The translations under genes were made by a program, and so were the position numbers. Shown here one piece after another: positions 48,601-56,228 of a stretch of DNA of 64,000 nucleotides. A model generated the notes under the pieces. It saw only the letters and a list, made by a program, of their open reading frames with translations. It was not told where the DNA came from and did no database searches. Location: the NCBI GenBank assembly GCA_020027475.1, contig JAHRAZ010000118.1, forward strand, positions 24,929 through 88,928. Reading direction: 5' to 3'. Source of the DNA: Microthrixaceae bacterium (GTDB lineage: Bacteria > Actinomycetota > Acidimicrobiia > Acidimicrobiales > Microtrichaceae). The first letter of the stretch is position 1; every line of letters begins with the position of its first letter.

Positions 48601-51600
48601 CGATGCTGTCGCCATTCATTTCGGCGAACACAACGCCGGAGTCCTCACTCACGTCCACGGCGAAACGGAACTCCCCGTCTCCCGCAGCGTTCTTGGCGGA
48701 CGGCCAACGGAACTCGACGTCCACCCGACCCAGCGGAGCCTTCGGGCCTCGCAACACTGCACTCTCGGAACCGGCGGAAAGTGTGGCGACAACTTCGGAA
48801 CCATCGGCGTCGACTTCCCACTCGCCGCCGGCGGTGGCGGCGAGAACCGGCGACGGCAACATCGATCCGCCCCAGCGCATCGATGGGAGCCCTATTAGGT
48901 GTTCGGCAGCCGAGGCAGCCTGTGCATCCCCACCAGCGTGGACTGCTCCGCTGTCAGCCAGACTCTCCGCTGCACCGCTTTCGAACCGGTCAAGAAGGTC
49001 CGCGACGGGTTCATCTGGAAACTCGATTCCGGCCACTGCCGCGGGTCCCGGAATGATGAGGACCTCGTCTGCGTCCCAGTGATCGCTGTGAGACTGCCAG
49101 AGCGAATCTGCCAGGTACCGGCGGCGGACTTCAGCATCGATCACGGCCACGAAGGGAACTGGCTTGCCGGGGCGGTCGCAAGTGTCGATGAAGTAGGCGA
49201 CATCCTCAGCGAGAAGTTCTGCCGAAGCGGCAACCGGAAATCGCTCCGCGAGAATCGCCGCTGCCTTGGCCGGGTCATCCAGCGATGCGGGGTCCTGAAA
49301 CACCGATACGACCGTGCCCTCGTCCTGTGGCACACAACGCGCCTCGAAGCGTTGAAGCAGGTCGAAGAACCGATTCCTGTGGGTGACATCGAGCCACAAC
49401 CCATCCTCATATCGGCCGTTCCGCCCGAGCGCGGTGAGCTCCACAAAACGCTCGGCCACATCGAGATAGGTCATTTCGGAAAGTGGGCCGAACCAGGGTT
49501 TGGCCGTCTTGTTCAGAGCCTCGGCGATCTCGTCGTGACGCTCATCGATGGCATCCGCATCACCTGCCAGGTCACCAAGAAGTGTGGCCACTCGCGACGC
49601 GGTGTTGTCGAGATAGTGAATGTCGGCATTCAGCCCGGAGCGACCCGAGGTGACTCCACCCCTGATTTCCCCGGAAGCCACCACAACATCGGTCCCGGGA
49701 GCTTGCGCGAGCAACTGTTTCACCGAATCCGATGCGGTGGACTCCGCTGTTGCCATTGCCGCGGTGCCAACGAGGATTGCGTCAACGGGCATCGGATGAG
49801 CGCCATGCTTCAGGGCCCACTCACCGCCGAGGAACTCCCCGGCACGGTCTGCGGAACCGATTCCGCCACCCACACACAGGATCACGTTGTCGTGGGAACG
49901 AAAATCGTTGTAACTGGAGAACAGCAACTCTTCGAGGTCAACCCAGGAGTGGTGACCACCGGCGCGGCCGCCTTCCAGGTGAACCCAGATGTCGTGATCG
50001 GTCCTGGAGGCGATATCGAGAACCGACTTCACCTGCGCCCGTGTGCCCGGCTTGAACGCATTCAGCCAGATGCCGAGGTCATTCAGGTCATCGAGAAGCT
50101 CAAGTGCCTCGTCGGTCTCCGGCACACCGGCTGAAATCGTCACGCCGTTGATCGGGGCGCCGGCAGCGCGGGCGCGCTGAACCAGACGATCCTTCCCCAG
50201 CTGCAGCCCCCACAGGTAGGGATCCAGGTAGAGAGCATTGAAAACGACCTCGTGTCCACCCGTCAATCGCTCGGAGAGCTCGGCAAAGCGTTCGGAGAAG
50301 ATGTCCGAACTCACCTGGCCACCCCCTGCCAACTCAGCAACATTCCCGGCGTTTGCAGCTGCTGCGACTATCTCCGCATCACTCGTGGACGGAGTCATGC
50401 CGGCAAGCACGAACGCCGATCGACCCGTCAGACGGCTGTGTTTGGTGGAGATGCGCCGAGGTGAGGTCTTGTCCACCGTCGGCAGGAAATCCCGATAGTT
50501 CAGTAGTGGTTCGGCGACACGGTCATTGCGGCGCAGGGACTCGAGACCTTCTGGAGTGCCGGCAAGTACGACTGTGGCACCGCTTCCCCGCAGAGCCCGG
50601 CGCGACAGGATGCCGACCACGCCAGACGGTCCCACATCAATCAAAACATCGCCGGCACCGACAGTGGCGTTCACGAAGTCAGCCCAGCGCACGGCGTTGC
50701 AGCTCATGGACTCCGTGATGCGAACCGTGAGATCGCCACCAACGTGATGAGTGCAGTCGCGAGGATCGATCAGGGTGGTCGTCAGATCACCGGAGAAAGC
50801 AATCCCCGCACGCTCGAGCGTGGCCGCCATGTCGATGGCGATGGGCTTCAGCCACTCGTGATGGTAACCAACGGTGCTGGGCAGGAACTCACACCGGACT
50901 CCGTCAACATCGGCGAGGTCCTCCGCCAGAGTTTTGAGTTCTTCGGGGCGACCCGAAAGGACAAAGCGGTCGAATGAGTTCTGAAGCGTGACGCGAACAG
51001 TGTCGGTATGGCACAGCTCGAGTTCCTCCACCAATCGAGGCTCGGTGAGACCCGACACGGAGAGCATGGGTGTGGGCACGTTCTCGCCGGCGAATACGGC
51101 CTCGAGGCTGCGTACAGGAACCGACTCCGGGTGCTTCTGGGCTTCAGCGCCAACCAGACCCATGGCCGCCATGGCTTCGGCGGCAGCGCGGGAAGGTATC
51201 TCTGTGCCATAGCGGGCAACCACCCAGGCGCTCAACAGACCAGCGCTGTGGCCGGCCACGCCACTGGCCGGCGTGATGAGATCGCCGACCTCGTCCACCA
51301 ACGCCAGCGTGGCGGCAAAGTGAGCGAGGGCTGAGCCCATGAGGCAAAGGCTGCCGTTGCTTCGCTGGCCTTTGGTCCAGCGCTCCTCGAAATCTTCGAG
51401 CCAATCGGTCGGCTCAATGCCTGCCGTGGCCATCTCGGGAAGCAACGTCGGCTCTGCGACCAACATCTCCGAAAGCTCCACGAGCACGGCCGCACACCAG
51501 TCGCGCAACGCCGGCCTTGCCTCCAATGTTCGGCTCAATCCCTCCGCCCAATCGGGATCTTGTCCCGAGTAGGTCAGATACGCCGACGTCCGCCCTGATG

Positions 51601-51637
51601 CGATCGCTTCTGCGATCGAGTCCGAATCCGCAAACAT
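42617..51637 (-). CDS. fas: Type I fatty acid synthase (bacterial FAS-I; by-eye domain order AT-ER-DH-MPT-ACP-KR-KS)
   Basis: A single 3006-aa ORF. Motifs: GHSAGLL (AT), GGRAGGHHSW (FMN enoyl reductase), FAELSGDFNPIHRSD (hot-dog DH), AGHSVGEYNALA (MPT), LVDGASSRRNQVLMDLGREFG (ACP), LLSGASPGSIAEAAA (KR), and HPVAACATAAVSL...KHLTGHPKGGAAAWQ...SLGFGHVSAA (KS). acpS lies immediately downstream. Confidence 0.97.
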   Translation of the reverse strand: MFADSDSIAEAIASGRTSAYLTYSGQDPDWAEGLSRTLEARPALRDWCAAVLVELSEMLVAEPTLLPEMATAGIEPTDWLEDFEERWTKGQRSNGSLCLMGSALAHFAATLALVDEVGDLITPASGVAGHSAGLLSAWVVARYGTEIPSRAAAEAMAAMGLVGAEAQKHPESVPVRSLEAVFAGENVPTPMLSVSGLTEPRLVEELELCHTDTVRVTLQNSFDRFVLSGRPEELKTLAEDLADVDGVRCEFLPSTVGYHHEWLKPIAIDMAATLERAGIAFSGDLTTTLIDPRDCTHHVGGDLTVRITESMSCNAVRWADFVNATVGAGDVLIDVGPSGVVGILSRRALRGSGATVVLAGTPEGLESLRRNDRVAEPLLNYRDFLPTVDKTSPRRISTKHSRLTGRSAFVLAGMTPSTSDAEIVAAAANAGNVAELAGGGQVSSDIFSERFAELSERLTGGHEVVFNALYLDPYLWGLQLGKDRLVQRARAAGAPINGVTISAGVPETDEALELLDDLNDLGIWLNAFKPGTRAQVKSVLDIASRTDHDIWVHLEGGRAGGHHSWVDLEELLFSSYNDFRSHDNVILCVGGGIGSADRAGEFLGGEWALKHGAHPMPVDAILVGTAAMATAESTASDSVKQLLAQAPGTDVVVASGEIRGGVTSGRSGLNADIHYLDNTASRVATLLGDLAGDADAIDERHDEIAEALNKTAKPWFGPLSEMTYLDVAERFVELTALGRNGRYEDGLWLDVTHRNRFFDLLQRFEARCVPQDEGTVVSVFQDPASLDDPAKAAAILAERFPVAASAELLAEDVAYFIDTCDRPGKPVPFVAVIDAEVRRRYLADSLWQSHSDHWDADEVLIIPGPAAVAGIEFPDEPVADLLDRFESGAAESLADSGAVHAGGDAQAASAAEHLIGLPSMRWGGSMLPSPVLAATAGGEWEVDADGSEVVATLSAGSESAVLRGPKAPLGRVDVEFRWPSAKNAAGDGEFRFAVDVSEDSGVVFAEMNGDSIAAAQEGILGMLTSGAESVAADAERTSLGGESPSMAALWPSVFAALADAGVSDGLLRLVHLRNVMTLHSRDSADVGCEISRDVNGPAGRLIRTSAWAPGVTSEDTFLIRSAAPTGAPIEPAAAVPEGWKETPRHHLGTAIRYAPRHPEVFAELSGDFNPIHRSDLVARMAGLPGRIAHGMWTSHAAQKFLVAELGGDESLLKSWEIDFLGIVEPAAKLNLVAERVAIRDGERRVEVRVEVEGVPVAVAHATVAAPRTAYVFPGQGIQAQGMGLDGMERCPAAKAVWGQADDYCRSEIGFSVIEVVRDNPKLLEVGGETFRHPGGVLNLTQFTQVAMATLAAAQTAELQEAGALVEGAFLAGHSVGEYNALAASAGVLPLEAVLGIVWARGTAMHNLVERDATGASTYRLGVVRPHLAGIDAEGVEALVERVAQDSGELCEIVNHNLRGRQYAVAGTVTSLEELSDALGEGTQPGRDPFLLVPGIDVPFHSRALEPGVPEFKRHLDDALPPEVDPESLVGRYVPNLHPEPFSLDRSYVEAVSALCGEGSLAGVLEDWDAAVANPRRLARELLVEILAWQFASPVRWIESTEVLLTPRERGGLGVERVVEIGLGSAPTLTGLTKAAVAAEHFGPVEVLNLEIDADVVFCQTSEAPPAEVPAVTQDEPDDDPAQEDWDGDAPPPATKVAAAAIAAPSTDSAPDVADVAVEMPEAVEALLAHITGMRVDQLADDSIDDLVDGASSRRNQVLMDLGREFGLGSVDGAHEVSRSELSTKLGELARSYSFPGPVLASAVSSGVTSVLGPVGGGDGSVAEHLSAAWGLGPGWVNRVRIELALAGRGDASRRGGALRTLSSSGSAPDLIDEALAAVAERAGVSLAKPAEAAGGTVDSAELTELAARVDAAFSSAAGAASAALHDAETPQASHSDDPDASSAVERLALLDSEHGAGRADAVAPVFDVDQIRLFDSGTAWARADLDHLYSGLISRTIDPAERLELVDRLRQFAGADERVDAGIAWYLTKAANKNSEVVDVFTEIAAGADQDQIAWADKLAGRTVLLSGASPGSIAEAAACRLLASGATVVLVTSSLSSRRRRHVRDLERRFAAPGAKVFLVGANLASFTDIDRLVEWLNTPAEADAQPSPGLPDVVLPFAAPPVLGDAADSGPTAEIELRVLLLGVERLVGKLAEAAGTRRDGSTVTAVLPMSPNHGTFGGDGAYGTAKAGLEVLDARSRSEHKRWGQYCRIIGAEIGWVRGTGLMEANDDFAPIVEQRLGVRTFSAAEMGDEIAALCVDGDRSGRVDLTGGMSDLDDPGALSKLLRSAVVGNGVASEEVAAPEGPEQVTLNALVSPVNRPVADLAEEWPDRIELAADDMIVICGTSEIGPWGTSSTRAAVERSGRLDAASVVELAIGCGLVEWKSSGSSGEYVDSSTGDVVASEDLVERYRADVEQRCGIRLSTEGTYPLDTEIFSGVAITLDLPDEDQARGVLAAVPGATLDSSDGKWSVTLPKGSPIRVPQIQDLPRGVTAAIPEGMIPEALGLPVEIASSVDPLAAWTMLITAEAFRDAGTDPEELLGEVHPSRMGSTQGTGMGGMQSLRAMYMDPLRGVPHANDMLQEALGNVPAAHAMQSYVGGYGPMVHPVAACATAAVSLEAAVDLISVGKADVIIGGGIDDLGPEGIIGFADMAATASSEKMLAAGFDPSELSRPGDRSRAGFVESQGGGAMVICRGSIARKLGLPVKAVVGLARSYSDGVQTSIPAPGLGLLCVGMGAGESPLAKALADHGLGADDIAAVSKHDTSTRANDPNEAEIHETLQRLIGRTPGNPLRVISQKHLTGHPKGGAAAWQIAGLCDLFSTGVVPGNANLDCVDPDMERDWLTVDDRPLQLAETPKAALLTSLGFGHVSAAVLLIHPAAFSAALEPPERDRYLAEVARRTEVSDHQRRWDAFGGGPAYQRLKARRLEGEGHAEQRGSEVEILTGPTSRLVDGVYALSSAAKGSA

Positions 51638-51890
51638 GATGACTCCCTCATAAACTCAGCCGGCACTGAAGTTAGACCAACTCGAAGCAGAGTGGTTACT
51701 CGAATATGAGGAAATTCTCGGGTTTTGTGCTGAATCACCTTCAACTGGTGCGCATGGTGATACCTCAACCACCTGTGGTGAGTATTCGATACCGGGCCAG
51801 AGCGAACCCGATTGCCCGACAATCCAAGCGGCCGGTGGCATACTCCCGTTTCGACAGTCGACCACCCCACCCAGCCGCTACCGTCGCCAA

Positions 51891-53015
51891 ATGGGCGATT
51901 CACCAGACATTGACCACGGGGCAATCCGGGCGCTGAGTGAGCGAATTCAGCGCGAGGTCGACGATGGACGAATCCCGGCCGCCCAGATGGCGCTGGCGCT
52001 GAACGGTGAATTGATCCACTCGGAGAATTTCGGCGACGCAACCGACCACATTCGCTTCAACGTGTATTCCTGCACCAAGGCACTGATCGCCGGAGTCGTG
52101 TGGCAGTTGATCGGCGAGGGTTCGATGTCCGCCAGCACACCGGTCACCGACCTGGTACCCAGCTTCACCGCTGCGGACGGCATGACCCTGGAACACCTTC
52201 TCACCCACACCGGCGGGTTCCCATACGCACCCTTGGCACCGCCCAGGTGGGACACCCGCGAGGCGCGCCTCCGCCAATTCGGCCGCTGGAACCTTCAGTG
52301 GGAAATCGGCGAGCGCTTCGAGTACCACGCCACCTCGGCCCATTGGGTGGTGGCAGAGATGATCGAAGTCACAGAAGGGCGCGACTACCGCGACGTCGTA
52401 CGGGATCGGATGTTGATTCCGCTCGGACTCAACGAATTCACTCTGGGGTCCCCGGCCGGCGACGTCGGCGAAGTCGCCGAACTGAAACTGGTCGGACACG
52501 TACCCACCGCGCAGGAGATCGAAGAGGTCTTCGGCATCCCGAACGTGGATCTGGGTGAGGTGACCCCCGAAATCCTGCTGGGGTTCAACGAACCATCAGT
52601 TCGGGAAGTCGGTGTACCCGGAGGCGGAGGCGTAGCCACGGCAAGATCTCTGGCAATGCTGTATCAGGGTTTCCTGCACGACCCCGATGAAATCTGGAAT
52701 CCGGAGGTTCTGGCGGACGGCACGCAGAACATCCGCTGCACGCTTGCGGATCCGCTGAAACAGATCCCGGCCAACCGCACGCTCGGCTTGATAGTGGGGG
52801 GCGACGACGGCAACGCACACCTGCGGGGAATGGGTCACACAAACTCACCTCGTACGTTCGGACATGGTGGAGCGGCCGGCCAGATCTCGTGGGCCGATCC
52901 TGAGTCAGGCCTGTCGTTCGGGTTCGTCACTTCGGGTGTGGAGAAAAACTTCATCCGTGAGAATCGACGAAGTGTGGCCATCACTTCCCGAGCGGGATCC
53001 GTGGTTGCGACCTGA
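51891..53015 (+). CDS. Serine hydrolase of the beta-lactamase / esterase (class C-like) family
   Basis: The SxxK motif VYSCTKALIAG lies near the N terminus. 374 aa. Confidence 0.75.
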   Translation: MGDSPDIDHGAIRALSERIQREVDDGRIPAAQMALALNGELIHSENFGDATDHIRFNVYSCTKALIAGVVWQLIGEGSMSASTPVTDLVPSFTAADGMTLEHLLTHTGGFPYAPLAPPRWDTREARLRQFGRWNLQWEIGERFEYHATSAHWVVAEMIEVTEGRDYRDVVRDRMLIPLGLNEFTLGSPAGDVGEVAELKLVGHVPTAQEIEEVFGIPNVDLGEVTPEILLGFNEPSVREVGVPGGGGVATARSLAMLYQGFLHDPDEIWNPEVLADGTQNIRCTLADPLKQIPANRTLGLIVGGDDGNAHLRGMGHTNSPRTFGHGGAAGQISWADPESGLSFGFVTSGVEKNFIRENRRSVAITSRAGSVVAT

Positions 53016-53056
53016 GCGGGGATTCGGACGTGAGCGAGGGATCAGACCCAGGCCCC

Positions 53057-53782
53057 TCAGGTTGCCAAGTGGGTCGTGTCGTTGAACCGCCGAAGTATCC
53101 AGCGATCCACCGGATCCTTCAGGTAAACGATCTCGCTGACGGAGGTGTTGTCGGCGCTGACGAAGGCGAAGCGCCTGGACTGCGCCACATGTGACAGCAC
53201 CGCAGCTATCACTCCGCCGTGTACCACCGCTATCACCCGACCGCCGGCATGTTCAAGGCGAATTCGTTCAACTGCTTCCACACAGCGCCCCTGGAATTCG
53301 TCCCACGGTTCGGCCCCCGGAATCACGTCCCAGCGCTCCTGTCGATAGACCTCCGCCACGGTGGGATCACCTTCAGCGCCCTTGATTCTCAACAAGCCGC
53401 CCTCGTAGTCCCCAAGGTGAACCTCACGCAGGCCGGGCTCCACCCTGGGTGTGAGACCGCTCACCGCCACGAATGGAGTCGCAGTCTGATGGGTTCGAAT
53501 CAGGCTCGTGACATACAGGGCCTCAAAGGGCTTCGCCGAGTGCTCTGTGCTCAGACGGCGCCCAAGCTGGGTGGCCTGAACGTGACCCTCCGGGGCCAGA
53601 TCAGGATCACCATGTCCGTCCTTTGCCGGAAAGGGTTTGCCGACACGCGCCGGTTGGGTAGCTCCATGGCGGACCAGCAAGACAGTCGTGGAACCGTCGG
53701 GAGCCTCGAACGGCTTTTGTGGAATCCCGTCGGGATCAACGGTCCGCCTGCCTGAATCACCCGGAACTGTGTTCTCACTCAT
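53057..53782 (-). CDS. Histidine phosphatase (phosphoglycerate mutase-like) family protein
   Basis: VLLVRHGAT RHG motif and a distal VVHGGVI. Confidence 0.8.
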   Translation of the reverse strand: MSENTVPGDSGRRTVDPDGIPQKPFEAPDGSTTVLLVRHGATQPARVGKPFPAKDGHGDPDLAPEGHVQATQLGRRLSTEHSAKPFEALYVTSLIRTHQTATPFVAVSGLTPRVEPGLREVHLGDYEGGLLRIKGAEGDPTVAEVYRQERWDVIPGAEPWDEFQGRCVEAVERIRLEHAGGRVIAVVHGGVIAAVLSHVAQSRRFAFVSADNTSVSEIVYLKDPVDRWILRRFNDTTHLAT

Positions 53783-54245
53783 CAGTGGCCGATGGTTCCA
53801 TACCGCAGACCTCGCTCAGATAGCGCTCGATGTTGTCGCCGGCCGCAATGACTTCCGGACTCATCATCAGCGCCATGACCTCACCGTAACGCCCCATGGC
53901 TTCTTCTGACTCAGGTGTTTCAGCGCCCAAGTCGTTCATGCTCACCTCCGCGATCTGATCGAACACGTCCGCCAGAAAGGCCAAGTCGGCCTTGATTGCG
54001 GACGGAGCCGTATCTGCGAGCAGTTCCATCTGGTCGGCTGCGGATGCGATTGCTTCCGGATCGTCTTCGTCGAGGGAATTGTTGGCCTCGCCCATCTGTT
54101 GCGCCTGTCGACAGAATTGCTCCTCGGACATTTCGGACGAGATGACCTCATCGGAGGTGCAAGCGCCCATCAGGAGCGCAAACGTTGCGACGGCGAAGAT
54201 CGTTCTGAGAAAATGGACCCTGATGAGCCCATGGTAATTGCGCAT
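53775..54245 (-). CDS. Acidic putative lipoprotein of unknown function
   Basis: Signal peptide with the lipobox-like LLMGAC. The mature part is Asp/Glu-rich and looks helical. 8-nt overlap with the downstream phosphatase gene. Confidence 0.6.
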   Translation of the reverse strand: MRNYHGLIRVHFLRTIFAVATFALLMGACTSDEVISSEMSEEQFCRQAQQMGEANNSLDEDDPEAIASAADQMELLADTAPSAIKADLAFLADVFDQIAEVSMNDLGAETPESEEAMGRYGEVMALMMSPEVIAAGDNIERYLSEVCGMEPSATDE

Positions 54246-54277
54246 TCCGAACCCGACGAAAGGACCATTGGCTGACC

Positions 54278-54340
54278 GATGCTGCCAGGGGCACGCCGGA
54301 TGCTGCCACCTCGCCGCCGAATGCTGCCCCCTCGCCGCCC
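54278..54340. repeat. Three imperfect 21-bp tandem repeats (gATGCTGCCnnnnCGCCGCCg) upstream of the Rieske oxygenase gene; candidate iterated operator
   Basis: The three copies are 54278-54298 gatgctgccaggggcacgccg, 54299-54319 gatgctgccacctcgccgccg and 54320-54340 aatgctgccccctcgccgccc. A partial fourth copy (gatgg) follows. They sit in the divergent intergenic region between 54245 (-) and 54387 (+). Confidence 0.85.
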
Positions 54341-54386
54341 GATGGTAAAGTGCAACAAGTTCTACTTTTTCGACGGAGGTCCGGAA

Positions 54387-55439
54387 GTGACCGTCACAAG
54401 CAGTAAACGTTCACCATTCCCGATTCCATTCGGCTGGTTCCAGATCGGGTGGGAGGACGAACTCAAGCCCGGAGAGATCCAACCGCTGGAGTACTTCGGC
54501 AAGCACTTGGTTCTTTGGCGTGATGACAACGGCATCGCGAGCCTGAACTCGGCATTCTGTCCTCACCTCGGCGCTCACCTGGGTTTCGGCGGGACCGTGA
54601 CGGGCGAGGAACTGGCCTGCCCGTTCCACGGCTGGCGCTTCACCGCGGATGGCAAGAACTCACTGATTCCCTACTCGACCCGCATCAACAAGAAGGCCTG
54701 TGTAGAGTCCTTCCCGGTCGAGGAGCGCAATGGCCTCATCATGGCGTGGTATCACCCGGACGGCGAAGAGCCGATGTGGGACATACCCCAGGTTCCCGAG
54801 TTCAACGACCCCGACTTCACCGACGTGATCACCCGCGAGTACGAAATCGAGGCCCCTTGGCAGGATCTGGCCGAAAACGGCGTCGACTCTGCCCACTTCC
54901 GCTACGTACATCACACCGAAGAGGTGCCCGAACTCGTCAGCTACAACGCCGACGGACACGTTGCCCGGATGAAGTCCATCCAGAAGTTCCCCACTCCGCG
55001 AGGCATCGTGGATGGGTACATCAACGCTGACTCGTACGGCCCCGGCTTCTCCGTGGTGCACTTCGGTGGAATTGTGGACACCGTCCTCATGGGATGCAAC
55101 ACGCCAGTGGATGAAAACAAGTGCAGGATGCGCTTCACCTTTACCGTTCGCAGCATGGGTGACTCCGACCTGGACTCCACCGTGGGCGAGGCATTCGTCA
55201 ACGAGATCCACAGACAGGTGCGCGAAGACGCTCCCATCTGGAACAACAAGGCATACATTCCGAGACCGGCGCTCGCCGACACCGACGGTCCGTTCACCAA
55301 GTTCCGCAAGTGGGCTGCACAGTTCTACGCCGAAGGTGTCGAGACCGATGCCGACCTCTACCCTCCCACCCAGCAGTATCCATACGAGCTCGTCGAGACC
55401 GCATCTCGCAAACACGGCTTCGATCCCTTCGCCGACTGA
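54387..55439 (+). CDS. Rieske [2Fe-2S] non-heme-iron oxygenase, KshA-like (3-ketosteroid 9-alpha-hydroxylase-type alpha subunit)
   Basis: Rieske motif CPHLGAHLG...CPFHGWRF and mononuclear iron motif DSAHFRYVHH. The GTG at 54387 lies 7 nt after GGAGG. The track's 54279 start reads through the 21-bp repeats. Confidence 0.8.
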   Translation: MTVTSSKRSPFPIPFGWFQIGWEDELKPGEIQPLEYFGKHLVLWRDDNGIASLNSAFCPHLGAHLGFGGTVTGEELACPFHGWRFTADGKNSLIPYSTRINKKACVESFPVEERNGLIMAWYHPDGEEPMWDIPQVPEFNDPDFTDVITREYEIEAPWQDLAENGVDSAHFRYVHHTEEVPELVSYNADGHVARMKSIQKFPTPRGIVDGYINADSYGPGFSVVHFGGIVDTVLMGCNTPVDENKCRMRFTFTVRSMGDSDLDSTVGEAFVNEIHRQVREDAPIWNNKAYIPRPALADTDGPFTKFRKWAAQFYAEGVETDADLYPPTQQYPYELVETASRKHGFDPFAD

Positions 55440-55451
55440 AGTCGGCGCCGC

Positions 55452-56228
55452 TCAGGTCGGTGGTTGCCAATCTGATTGATAGGGAGGTCTGGGCTGACCC
55501 GGCGGATTCCCCTCGGGGACCGAATCGGGCCGGACCTCAGGTGCCGGTTGAGCCGACGGGACAACCGCTCGGAGGTACCCGGGACTTGGTGGCGGTGACC
55601 GCTTCGAGCGATTGCGCTTCACCAGTCCGACGATGAACAGGATCAGGCCCAGCAGGAACATCACGCCCGAGATGAGCGTCGCGGCAACCACTCCGAGCAA
55701 GGGTTTGGCCAGATCGATCAGTTCGTCTGCCGACACCGACCGGGCCACGAAGAACGTTCCCGAGGTGGTCGAGGAGCTGTCACAGCTGACCGAGTAGGAC
55801 CCGGCGGAAAGCGACCGGGCAACAAGTGCCGGCGGTTCGGAGTCGAAGTCCGGGTCCAGGAACGTCTCGAATGAGCCACCTCGACCAAGCGGTATTTCTT
55901 CACCCGAAGCGGTATGCATCACGCAGGATTCAGAACCGGTGGAAACGTCGGATTCGAACGCGATGCCCACGTCCACCGAGACGCTCTCGCCGGAGAGCGG
56001 CTCGAGGATGCGAAAATCCACGGTTCCGGGAATGGATGAAGACGGTGAGCCTGATGTGTCGATAGTGCGCTCGAAGTCCGCCACGTCGACCTTCGGAGCC
56101 AGCACGGCCATCGCAATGGTGAATCCGAGGATCGAGATGATCAACAGGACCGACCCCGCAATGATCAGACCCTTGCCCCTGAGTTCCGCTGGAGGGACCG
56201 ACTCCCCGCCCGGGTTGTAGGTAGTCAC
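55452..56228 (-). CDS. Hypothetical membrane protein: two TM helices flanking a ~150-aa Ser/Asp-rich domain, with a Pro-rich C-terminal tail
   Basis: TM1 LIIAGSVLLIISILGFTIAMAVL and TM2 LLGVVAATLISGVMFLLGLILFIVGLV. The tail is SPPPSPGYL...PPGQPRPPYQSDWQPPT. The GTG at 56228 overlaps the upstream stop (GTGA). Confidence 0.55.
   Translation of the reverse strand: MTTYNPGGESVPPAELRGKGLIIAGSVLLIISILGFTIAMAVLAPKVDVADFERTIDTSGSPSSSIPGTVDFRILEPLSGESVSVDVGIAFESDVSTGSESCVMHTASGEEIPLGRGGSFETFLDPDFDSEPPALVARSLSAGSYSVSCDSSSTTSGTFFVARSVSADELIDLAKPLLGVVAATLISGVMFLLGLILFIVGLVKRNRSKRSPPPSPGYLRAVVPSAQPAPEVRPDSVPEGNPPGQPRPPYQSDWQPPT

Noticed and set aside
43742-50134. Four long plus-strand ORFs (43742-45193, 45836-47230, 47519-48511, 48899-50134)
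   Set aside because: All lie antisense to the single 9-kb fas reading frame, which shows ordered AT/ER/DH/MPT/ACP/KR/KS motifs.
54279-54386. Track start of the Rieske oxygenase, giving an MLPGARRMLPPRRRMLPPRRP... N terminus
   Set aside because: That peptide is simply the translation of the 21-bp DNA repeats. A GTG at 54387 with a well-spaced GGAGG gives a normal-length KshA-like protein. This needs proteomic confirmation.
54660-55415. 251-aa minus-strand ORF
   Set aside because: It lies antisense to the Rieske oxygenase gene.
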